From an uncultured Acidobacteriota bacterium (GTDB lineage Bacteria; Acidobacteriota; Terriglobia; Terriglobales; Acidobacteriaceae): a DNA stretch of 64,000 bases. Shown here piece after piece: positions 6,826 to 14,968 of this stretch (its first letter is position 1; each line of letters begins with the position of its first letter). A program made the position numbers and the translations under genes. The stretch spans positions 855,458-919,457 of the forward strand of contig CAVTLV010000001.1 of assembly GCA_963735695.1 (NCBI GenBank), read 5' to 3'. The notes under the pieces were generated by a model that saw only the letters and a program-made list of their open reading frames with translations, ran no database searches and was not told the DNA's origin.

Positions 6826-9513
6826 CTAGGGATTCGCCCTCATATCGCTGGATGTTCCGCCCGCCGCGGGAACGTAGCATTTGAGGGTGTAATCCATGAC
6901 CATTCGGTCGGCGTTGAAGCGCCAGCCCAGGGTGCGGATGGTGCGCTTCATTCGTTTGATCCAGCCCCTGGGAAGACCGTCGCGGTCGCGCTGGTAGTAA
7001 AGAGGGATCACTTCGTCGCGGAGAGTGCGCATCAGATCCTCACCGTCGCGGCTGTCGTGAACGCTCATGTTGGAGTGCGTCTTGCCAGTGCCGATGGCGA
7101 AGCCGTTTACCCCGTCATAAGCCTCGGCCCACCAGCCATCGAGAACGGACAGATTCAGCCCGCCGTTCAGGACTACTTTCTGTCCGCTCGTACCTGACGC
7201 TTCGAGCGGTCGGCGGGGATTATTAAGCCACACGTCGACGCCCTGTACGAAGTGGCGGCCGACGTCGATGTCATAGTCTTCGACAAAAACGAACCTGTCG
7301 CGGAATTTGGGATCGCGCATGAGATCGGCGATTTGCTGCAATACCCGCTTTCCAGGCTCGTCGAGTGGGTGGGCCTTTCCTGCGAATACGAACTGAACGG
7401 GGCGGTTGGGATCATTGACCATCGCGACAAGGCGCTCGATGTCGGTCAAGATCAAATTCGCCCGCTTGTACGTAGCGAATCGGCGCGCAAATCCGATCGT
7501 CAGAGCATCGGGACTGAGCACGCGTTCAAGGCGCTGCAAGACTTCCCGCGACTCTCCACGGCGCTCAGCCTGTTCCACAGCGCGTTTGCGAACGAATTCA
7601 ATGAGCTGGGACTTCAAGTTGAGGTGAGTCTCCCAGAGTTCGCCATCGTCGACGTTTTCAATGCCGAGCCAGATCTTGGCTTCGCTGCCGCGCTGGTGCC
7701 AGTCGGTGCCGAGGTGACGATCGTAGAGGCGAAACATCTGTGGGGCGAGCCAAGAAGGGACGTGGACTCCGTTCGTGATGTGCCCGATGGGAATCTCGTC
7801 TTCCGCTTTGTCTTTGAAGAGTCCGGTCCACATGGCGCGCGAGACCTCGCCGTGCAACGCCGAGACGGCATTAGCGCGCCGCGAAAGACGAAGGGCCAGG
7901 ACCGTCATGCAGAAAAGTTCGTCGTTGTTTGAGGGATTCTCGCGGCCGAGTCCCATCAAGCTGTCCTGAGAAAGCCCAATGGCTTCGCGCAGGGGGCCGA
8001 TGTGTTCTTCGACCAGGCGGGCATCGAAGCGGTCGTGTCCGGCGGGAACGGGGGTGTGGGTGGTGAAAACGACTTCGCGGGAAATGCGCGGGACGGCGGC
8101 ATCGAAGCCGATCCCTTCGTCTTCCATGCGCATACGAATCGCTTCCAGCACGGCGAAGGCGCTATGGCCTTCATTGAGGTGAAGGACGCCGGGAGAGATT
8201 CCAAGGGCTTTGAGGGCGCGGAGTCCACCCACTCCGAGCAATAACTCCTGGCGGATGCGAATGCGAAGATCGCCGCCATAAAGGCGCGAGGTAAGTTCAC
8301 GGTCTTCCGGAGCGTTGCCTTCGACATCGGAATCGAGCAGGTACAGATCTCGGCGGCCGACTTTTACCCGCCAGACTTTGGCCTGCAGGCTGCCGCTTCG
8401 CGTCTCGATGGAGACAAGCACGGGGCGGCCGTCCTTTCCGATGGCGGCCTCCATGGGTAATTGGCTGACGTCCGTTTCGAGATACTCCTCGCGCTGCCAG
8501 CCGCTGAGATCGAGATGCTGGCGGAAATATCCTTGGGGATAGAACAAACCAATCCCGACCAGCGGAATGTCGAGGTCGGAAGTACTCTTGATGTGATCCC
8601 CGGCCAGCACGCCGAGGCCTCCGGAATAAATAGGCAATGATTCGTGCAATCCAAACTCGGCGGAGAAATACGCCACCGGGTGAGGCCGCAGGACGCCGGC
8701 GTGGCGGGTCCCCCAGGTGCGGTCAGCCTCGAGGTATTCCAGCAGGCGACGATAGGCGTAATTCACACGGCTGTGCAGCATGAGTTCCGTGGCGCGCGTT
8801 TCAAGTTTCGCCAGCGGCATCTCGCTCAGCAGGGCTATTGGATTGTGGTTAAGCTCACTCCAACGGGCAGGATCCAGGTCGAGAAAGAGACTTGCGGAGT
8901 TGTGATCCCAGCTCCACCACAGATTGCGTGCGAGCGTCCACAAACGTTCCTGCAACGGAGCAATGAAGCGATCCAGCGTACGGGCTTCGCTGACGATGGG
9001 CGCGACCTGAGAGGCCGCCTCGGCCAGCATGCGAATCTCATCGGCGCTGAACGTCCTGGCTTCGATGGTCTGGACAACGAGGACGCCCTGGAGAATTCCC
9101 CGATCGATCAGGGGAACACCGAGAAAAGACTGATAAGCATCTTCCCCTGAATCTCGGAAATATTTGAACCGAGGGTGGTTCTTAACCTGGCTGACTGCGA
9201 CCGCTTGCACTTGCTCGGCGACAAGTCCGGTCAATCCCTCATTGACTGCCATGCGCAGATTTCCAATACATTCGCGGCGCAGCCCGACGGTTGCGGCCAA
9301 AACGAGATTGGCGCGATCCGGCTCGAGCAAATAGGCGGAGCAAACGTCGGTTCGAAACCTCTTTGCAATCAACGCGACGACGTTCATGAGGGTCTCTGCC
9401 GACTGGCCACCCTCGACGGCCAGATGCTGAATCTCTTCTTTCGTCAGGACATTCCTGACTTCACCCGTGCGCACTGCTTGATCCATAGTTTCTGTGGTAT
9501 CGTATCCGCTCAA
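6826..9513 (-). CDS. glgP: alpha-glucan (glycogen/maltodextrin) phosphorylase, GT35, with N-terminal PtsP-type GAF domain
   Basis: The PLP-lysine block is LEASGTSGQKVVLNGGLNLSVLDGWW. The core motif GGLGVLAGDHIKS is present. The N-terminal ~170 aa (DVCSAYLLEPDRANLVLAATVGL...GLTGLVAEQ...FLGVPLIDRGILQGVLVVQT) read as a GAF domain. Confidence 0.85.
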   Translation of the reverse strand: MSGYDTTETMDQAVRTGEVRNVLTKEEIQHLAVEGGQSAETLMNVVALIAKRFRTDVCSAYLLEPDRANLVLAATVGLRRECIGNLRMAVNEGLTGLVAEQVQAVAVSQVKNHPRFKYFRDSGEDAYQSFLGVPLIDRGILQGVLVVQTIEARTFSADEIRMLAEAASQVAPIVSEARTLDRFIAPLQERLWTLARNLWWSWDHNSASLFLDLDPARWSELNHNPIALLSEMPLAKLETRATELMLHSRVNYAYRRLLEYLEADRTWGTRHAGVLRPHPVAYFSAEFGLHESLPIYSGGLGVLAGDHIKSTSDLDIPLVGIGLFYPQGYFRQHLDLSGWQREEYLETDVSQLPMEAAIGKDGRPVLVSIETRSGSLQAKVWRVKVGRRDLYLLDSDVEGNAPEDRELTSRLYGGDLRIRIRQELLLGVGGLRALKALGISPGVLHLNEGHSAFAVLEAIRMRMEDEGIGFDAAVPRISREVVFTTHTPVPAGHDRFDARLVEEHIGPLREAIGLSQDSLMGLGRENPSNNDELFCMTVLALRLSRRANAVSALHGEVSRAMWTGLFKDKAEDEIPIGHITNGVHVPSWLAPQMFRLYDRHLGTDWHQRGSEAKIWLGIENVDDGELWETHLNLKSQLIEFVRKRAVEQAERRGESREVLQRLERVLSPDALTIGFARRFATYKRANLILTDIERLVAMVNDPNRPVQFVFAGKAHPLDEPGKRVLQQIADLMRDPKFRDRFVFVEDYDIDVGRHFVQGVDVWLNNPRRPLEASGTSGQKVVLNGGLNLSVLDGWWAEAYDGVNGFAIGTGKTHSNMSVHDSRDGEDLMRTLRDEVIPLYYQRDRDGLPRGWIKRMKRTIRTLGWRFNADRMVMDYTLKCYVPAAGGTSSDMRANP

Positions 9514-9896
9514 TTCTTTGTCCTAACCTCCACAACAGCATCCGATGGGACGGTCGTTCTTTGATGATGTCACAATTGGGAGGATTCCGACTATTGTAAG
9601 GTGTATCTGCAAGAATCGAGACCTCAGAATTAAGGTTGGGAACATCGCAAAACCCGTTTGCTTGCTGGCGGGAGGAAAGAGTAGAATTTCGGCCAAACCA
9701 GCCAACTGGCGGAGACTGACGTCCAATTTCCACCGGTTTTGATGAGCTACGCGAATGGGGGACGGCAGATGGAGAGTAGACCCTGCGAGTCGGCGCGTAA
9801 CTTGTTCTATCGACAAAAGACGGTTACATGGACGGGAAACCCTTACAGTGCTGCCCGGAGAACCTTTGGATCTCGCGAGCCGGTATTGGGCGAGCC

Positions 9897-12026
9897 ATGG
9901 AGTCAAGAATAATGAACGGGATTGCCGCGCGATCGCTCGGGTATGGTGCAGGAGTACTTACACTTGTGGTTTTGGGATGTATCCTCGCGGGACAAGCTGC
10001 AGGACCTGCGAAGCATCGAGTCTCGCTGCCGACGGACTGGAGTCACCGGCACGTCATCTTCTCGAACCCGACTACGGCCGAGGAGTACGCGCGGACCATC
10101 GACGAACCGCGCTACTGGCAGCAGATGTATCGGCGTAACTCCCCTGCGTCACTGGTCGCGATGGCGCCGCTCGCCAAGACTGCGCCTTCCAAATTTAAGG
10201 GAGCCCTGCATCGGGACTGGTCCGTGAGCCTTGGCAGTGGAGCCACCATGGGGCCGGGGAACTATCCCGCCAAATTTGGGTTTGATGTGACCACTGCCAG
10301 CTGTAGTGCGGATTACGTGGTGTACAGCACGGGGCTGGCGAGTTCGGGCACGCAGGCCAGTATTGTCGGATTTACGAATATCTACTCGGGATGCGCGGGA
10401 TCGCCGACCGTGAATTGGGCCTACGATACGGGGGGGCAAGTCCTTACGTCGCCGGTCACCTCACTGGACGGCGCTCAGGTGGCGTTTGTTCAGACTGATG
10501 GCGCAGCAAGGGGAACACTTGTCCTAATAAAGTGGGCCGGTTCCTCCGGATCGATTGGATCGCCGATCACTCTTACAAATCTGACGCCTGCGCAGTACCA
10601 GGCTTGCACGACACCCCCGTGCATGACCAAGCTCATCCTAAGGGATAATCTAGGTGTTGCTACCGATGATACAACTTCATCCGCTTTTTACGATTACAAG
10701 AACGACATCATCTGGGTCGGTGGCGCCAGGGGATGGGTGCACAAAATCACGGGAGTGTTCAAGGGAACTCCAATTGAAGTCATAACAGGTGGATTTCCTG
10801 TCCAGGTGTCGGCTGCACCCTGGACCTCAAGCGCGGTGTACGACCGGGTCTCGAACGATGTCTTCGTCGGTGACGCGCTGGGATTCGTTTATGCAGTGAA
10901 TGCCACGACTGGAGCGGTGACTGTTTCCGGGCAGTTGGATTTTGGAGCGGGCGTCGTGGACGCACCGATCATCGATCAGACCGGAGGCTTCCTCTATGTG
11001 TTCGCGTCGAGCGATAACAGTGGTTTATGCACAGCTGGCGTGAACTGTGCCGCTGTCTACCAACTCAGCACAACGTTTGCTAGCGGTGACACCGGAACCG
11101 AGGTCACCGTGGGAGACAGTGTTTTGAGTGCACCCCCAAATCCGAACCCTATGTACATTGGCGGATTCGACAGCGCCTACTTCAGCTCTGCGAATCGAAC
11201 AGGCAATCTTTATGTCTGCGGCAATACCGGGGCGATACCAACGCTGTACCAAGTTTCGGTCACAGCAGGCGCATTCCCGGGTACCGGTCTCGGAACTCCT
11301 TTTACTACGCTAGGCAAGACCGGATCCAATGCGGGGTGCTCTCCGGTTACAGATGTGGCCAACCCGAATACAACGGGCGGGCCTTCCGAGCGGGTGTTTG
11401 TCAGCGTGCAAGGCAGTGGTCTTTCCACGGCATGTTCTTCCGGGGGATGCATCATGAGCTTTCTTGACACGCCATGGAAGGCGAATACGGCGTATTCAAT
11501 CGGACAACAAGTTCTGAGTTCGCGGCGTCGCGTCGAGACAGTCATGACTGCAGGAACGTCGGGGGGTACAACCCCCGTGTGGACAAACTCCGCGGGTGCT
11601 AAGAAAACGGATGGCTCCGTGGTTTGGATAGATCAAGGGGCGCTTAACGCCACCACGATTCCTAGTTGGGTGGCTGGCCATACTTATATCGCTCCAACAA
11701 CCCGTATTATTGATTCGCTTGGCAACGTGCAGGTCTCCACTACCCCGGGCACTTCGGGACCGTCGGCTCCGGCTTGGAACACGACTCCCGGGGGCACAAC
11801 TCCTGATGGCACCGGCACGCTGGTTTGGACTAACGCCGGTCCCGTTGGCACTTTTGCATTGCCCTCAGCTGGCGGTACCAGTGGAATTATCGAGGATAAC
11901 GTTGTCTCTCCGTTAACCCAGGCGGGGGCTTCTCAGGTATACTTCACCACTCTGGGCAATCAGACTTGCGGAACTAGTGGGTCGGGGGGCTGCGCTGTGC
12001 AAGCCTCTCAGCCAGCTTTACAATAA
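9897..12026 (+). CDS. secreted PQQ-like beta-propeller repeat protein with two C-terminal Trp-rich repeats
   Basis: The N-terminal hydrophobic segment is GAGVLTLVVLGCILAGQAAG. Propeller-like blades are visible (VFVGDALGFVYAVNATTGAV, GFLYVFASS). The repeats are W..NTAY..GQQV...GTSGGTTPVWTN...DGSVVWIDQG and W..GHTY.....GTSGPSAPAWNT...DGTGTLVWTNAG. The start could be 9828, 9897 or 9912. Confidence 0.6.
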   Translation: MESRIMNGIAARSLGYGAGVLTLVVLGCILAGQAAGPAKHRVSLPTDWSHRHVIFSNPTTAEEYARTIDEPRYWQQMYRRNSPASLVAMAPLAKTAPSKFKGALHRDWSVSLGSGATMGPGNYPAKFGFDVTTASCSADYVVYSTGLASSGTQASIVGFTNIYSGCAGSPTVNWAYDTGGQVLTSPVTSLDGAQVAFVQTDGAARGTLVLIKWAGSSGSIGSPITLTNLTPAQYQACTTPPCMTKLILRDNLGVATDDTTSSAFYDYKNDIIWVGGARGWVHKITGVFKGTPIEVITGGFPVQVSAAPWTSSAVYDRVSNDVFVGDALGFVYAVNATTGAVTVSGQLDFGAGVVDAPIIDQTGGFLYVFASSDNSGLCTAGVNCAAVYQLSTTFASGDTGTEVTVGDSVLSAPPNPNPMYIGGFDSAYFSSANRTGNLYVCGNTGAIPTLYQVSVTAGAFPGTGLGTPFTTLGKTGSNAGCSPVTDVANPNTTGGPSERVFVSVQGSGLSTACSSGGCIMSFLDTPWKANTAYSIGQQVLSSRRRVETVMTAGTSGGTTPVWTNSAGAKKTDGSVVWIDQGALNATTIPSWVAGHTYIAPTTRIIDSLGNVQVSTTPGTSGPSAPAWNTTPGGTTPDGTGTLVWTNAGPVGTFALPSAGGTSGIIEDNVVSPLTQAGASQVYFTTLGNQTCGTSGSGGCAVQASQPALQ

Positions 12027-12039
12027 GACCGAGACTTCT

Positions 12040-12204
12040 ATGAATACAGACGATTCGACCTCTGAGCAGCCCCGCGTTTCCGTTGCGAAAAAGCCGTACG
12101 AGAAACCGGCCTTCCGCTACGAGCAGGTTTTTGTGACAACGGCTCTGGCGTGCGGCAAAATCTCGACGAGCTCCGCCTGCCTGCACGTGGGAAGCGCTTC
12201 ATGA
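12040..12204 (+). CDS. candidate RiPP precursor peptide (54 aa)
   Basis: The peptide is MNTDDSTSEQPRVSVAKKPYEKPAFRYEQVFVTTALACGKISTSSACLHVGSAS. It is below the ORF-track length cutoff when read from its internal ATG. It starts 14 nt after the previous stop. Its TGA overlaps the ATG of the next gene (ATGA at 12201-12204). The Shine-Dalgarno signal is weak. Confidence 0.55.
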   Translation: MNTDDSTSEQPRVSVAKKPYEKPAFRYEQVFVTTALACGKISTSSACLHVGSAS

Positions 12205-12668
12205 CTGTTTCCGAGCACGGGCAGGACCTTGCCCACGCTCTCAAGTGTGATCTGGCCAGCGAGACCTTGCGCGCCTCCGGTCGTTTGCGGCTGCGCGTAA
12301 CCGGTTGGAGCATGCTTCCGACCATCTGGCCTGGGGATACGCTTGAGTTAGAGGGGACCCGGCGCGACGAGCTTTCTGCGGGCGATATTGTGCTGTTCAG
12401 TCGGGATCGCCGCCTGTTTGCCCACCGCCTATTGAAAGCCAGCGGAAACGGGATCGTCACGCACGGGGATGCGATGCTCCGACCCGACCCGGTCGTCACA
12501 GAAAGCGAAGTGCTTGGCCGTGTCGCATGCATCGTGCGCAACGGCAAATGCATTCTGCCGAGCAAGACCTTGTCGCTTTCAGAACGTACCGTCGCGGGGG
12601 TTGCACGGTCCTCGGAATTCGGCGCCCGCTTCATTGTGGGGATACACGGTCTGCTTCACGGTAAGTAA
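12201..12668 (+). CDS. S24/S26-family peptidase, ER/archaeal (SipW/Sec11-like, Ser-His) type
   Basis: GWSMLPTIWPGDTLEL contains the Ser nucleophile box. GDIVLFSRDRRLFAHRLL carries HR where bacterial P-type SPases and LexA have KR, which is the S26B pattern as I recall it. The gene is translationally coupled to the small ORF. Confidence 0.65.
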   Translation: MTVSEHGQDLAHALKCDLASETLRASGRLRLRVTGWSMLPTIWPGDTLELEGTRRDELSAGDIVLFSRDRRLFAHRLLKASGNGIVTHGDAMLRPDPVVTESEVLGRVACIVRNGKCILPSKTLSLSERTVAGVARSSEFGARFIVGIHGLLHGK

Positions 12669-12696
12669 GACCACCTTAGAATCGATCGAGATTTTC

Positions 12697-13512
12697 TTGC
12701 CTCAGTTGACCACAGACGTCGAGCGCCTCAGCCTCGTAATTGAGATCGGGGGCATGGGTGTGCGCGTGAATACGGCAGACTCGAATTTCCTGGAAATGCT
12801 GCAGTGTCGATATACGGGCTTCGTGAGTGATTCGGACGGGGCTGAAGTTGAATTCGATGTCGAGCTCATCAACCCGGGCGATGGCGATGATGATGCACCG
12901 GTCGAAGTGAAGCATCAGCGCGGCGCGTGGTCATTCCGGCGGGGCGATTTTCTTGCGGAGTGGCAACCGGCCTCGCAACGCGGATGGATTCGGCAGTCGG
13001 CGAACCCGTACTCGATTGATGCGGTGCTGCGCATTGTTCACACGCTGGTGCTGGCCAGGCAGGGAGGGTTCCTGCTGCATTCGGCCAGCGCGATCCGCAA
13101 CGGGAAAGCGTTCCTGTTTGCCGGAGTATCGGAGGCGGGTAAGACGACCATATCGCGACTGGCGCCGTCGGACGTCACGCTTCTTACGGACGAGATTTCG
13201 TATGTGCGAAAGTGCGATGACGGGTACATTGCATTTGGTACTCCTTTCACAGGAGAATTGGCCAAGCTCGGCGAGAATGTTTCGGCTCCGATCGCTGCCC
13301 TCTACTTACTGGCCAAGGGAAGCGAAAATCGAATTGATCCGGTACCGCCCGGCGAGGCGGCGCGCGCCCTGCTTGCGAATCTATTGTTTTTCGCGGAGGA
13401 TGAGGAGCTGGTGCAAGCCACTTTTCATGCCGCGTTTGAGTTTGTGAGCCGTGTACCAGTTTGGCGGTTGACCTTCTTCCCCGATGCACGGGTTTGGGAG
13501 TTGATTCGATGA
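12697..13512 (+). CDS. HPr kinase-like (HprK-related) serine kinase
   Basis: LHSASAIRNGKAFLFAGVSEAGKTTIS contains a Walker A motif (GxxxxGKT) in the context typical of HprK C-terminal-like kinases. The start is ambiguous: TTG 12697, TTG 12706 or ATG 12754. The ORF-track start at 12469 would overlap the peptidase gene. Confidence 0.65.
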   Translation: MPQLTTDVERLSLVIEIGGMGVRVNTADSNFLEMLQCRYTGFVSDSDGAEVEFDVELINPGDGDDDAPVEVKHQRGAWSFRRGDFLAEWQPASQRGWIRQSANPYSIDAVLRIVHTLVLARQGGFLLHSASAIRNGKAFLFAGVSEAGKTTISRLAPSDVTLLTDEISYVRKCDDGYIAFGTPFTGELAKLGENVSAPIAALYLLAKGSENRIDPVPPGEAARALLANLLFFAEDEELVQATFHAAFEFVSRVPVWRLTFFPDARVWELIR

Positions 13513-13811
13513 GTAGCCTTTATGTGGCCCGCAATCCGCGAGTGGCGGCGCGCAGCCTCGACGGCGAGATGATGATCATGTCGGGGCGGGACTCGACATT
13601 ATTTACCCTGAATAAGACCGCAACCATCCTATGGCAAGCGGCCGACGGGGCAACTCCGCTCGAAGAGATCGTGCAGCAAAAGATCTGCACAGAATTTGAG
13701 ATTGAGCCCGGTGAGGCACTGCGAGACGCTGAGACCTTGGCGCGGGACCTTGCCAGCCACGGAATCCTGCATATATCCGAAGAACCAATCGTCCGCGGAG
13801 AGTCGAAATGA
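13509..13811 (+). CDS. PqqD-family peptide chaperone (RRE-type)
   Basis: SLDGEMMIMSGRDSTLFTLNKTATILWQAADGATPLEEIVQQKICTEFEIEPGEALRDAETLARDLASHGIL fits the PqqD pattern. There are ATGA overlaps at both ends (13509-13512 and 13808-13811). Confidence 0.8.
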   Translation: MSSLYVARNPRVAARSLDGEMMIMSGRDSTLFTLNKTATILWQAADGATPLEEIVQQKICTEFEIEPGEALRDAETLARDLASHGILHISEEPIVRGESK

Positions 13812-14935
13812 ACGGGTTGCTCGAGCATATGACCGAGAAGGCGCTGGCGCGGAACATCCCACTCAGCGTGCAACTCGATTTGACCTATCGCTGCAACGAA
13901 CGGTGCGTTCATTGTTATCTCGACCACGAAGATCATGGCGAGATGACGACGGCGGAGATCAAACATTTGCTGGACGAGATGGCGGACGCCGGAGTCTTTA
14001 TCTTGACGCTGAGCGGCGGCGAGATTTTTCTGCGCAAAGACTTCTTCGAGATTCTCGAGTACGCGCGGCTCGAGCGGCAATTCTGCGTGAAGCTCAAGAC
14101 CAATGCGATCATGATCCATGAGCGCCAGGCTGCGAAGATCCGGGACATTGGGGTGGAGTCGATCCAGATCAGCATCTACTCCCACAGGCCGGAGGTGCAT
14201 GATGCGGTCACGCTGGTGCCAGGATCATTGCAGAGATCATTGGACGCAGCGCGGTTTCTGAAGTCGCAAGGACTGCGGGTGATCTTTGCGAACGTGCTGA
14301 TGGTGCAGAATCTGCAAGATTACCAGGGCGTAAGGGCGCTGGCAGAGGAAGTCGGGGTCGAGTGTACCTTGGACCCGACCATCACCCCCATGATGGATGG
14401 CGACCGCTCGGTGTTGAGCATGGGGCTGAAACAGGAAGCGTTGCGCCAGGTATTTCGCGATAAGGAGCTGGTCGGGGATGTGGACGAGTTTTGTACGGTC
14501 GCCGCTCCTGCCGATGAAAACGAGCTGTCAGCTCTGCCATGCAGCGCAGGACATACGACCTGTTACGTGTCGCCTTATGGCGATGTGTTTCCGTGCGTGC
14601 AGTTTCCGATTCCGACTGGAAATGTGAGGAACGAGCGGTTCGTCGACATTTGGCGGTACTCGGAGCGAATGAACGAAGTGCGCTCGATCCGCCTGAAGGA
14701 CCTGACGACCTGCACGTCTTGCTCACACGTCGGGAGTTGCACGCGGTGTCCAGGGCTGGCATTTATGGAGGGCAATATGCGCGGGCCGTCATCGCAGGAT
14801 TGCGAGAAGTCTTTTGCGCGCACAGGAATTCCATCAGCTAATATGCTGGCGAAGAAGCAGGCGTCACGCGATCTGGTGCAGATCCGCATAATGCCGGGCA
14901 ACTCGGCAAGTCAACCCACCGGCGCAATTGCATGA
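13808..14935 (+). CDS. radical SAM enzyme with C-terminal SPASM domain
   Basis: LTYRCNERCVHCY is the CxxxCxxC motif. The SPASM-type Cys clusters are CSAGHTTCYVSPYGDVFPCVQFP and CTSCSHVGSCTRCPGLA. Confidence 0.85.
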   Translation: MNGLLEHMTEKALARNIPLSVQLDLTYRCNERCVHCYLDHEDHGEMTTAEIKHLLDEMADAGVFILTLSGGEIFLRKDFFEILEYARLERQFCVKLKTNAIMIHERQAAKIRDIGVESIQISIYSHRPEVHDAVTLVPGSLQRSLDAARFLKSQGLRVIFANVLMVQNLQDYQGVRALAEEVGVECTLDPTITPMMDGDRSVLSMGLKQEALRQVFRDKELVGDVDEFCTVAAPADENELSALPCSAGHTTCYVSPYGDVFPCVQFPIPTGNVRNERFVDIWRYSERMNEVRSIRLKDLTTCTSCSHVGSCTRCPGLAFMEGNMRGPSSQDCEKSFARTGIPSANMLAKKQASRDLVQIRIMPGNSASQPTGAIA

Positions 14936-14968
14936 GCAGTTCTCAGGAGCAGTATTCCGATCGGAAAT

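Noticed and set aside
12469-12696. Upstream extension of the HprK-like ORF
   Set aside because: It would overlap the peptidase gene by 200 nt in another frame. The kinase-like sequence only begins after 12697.
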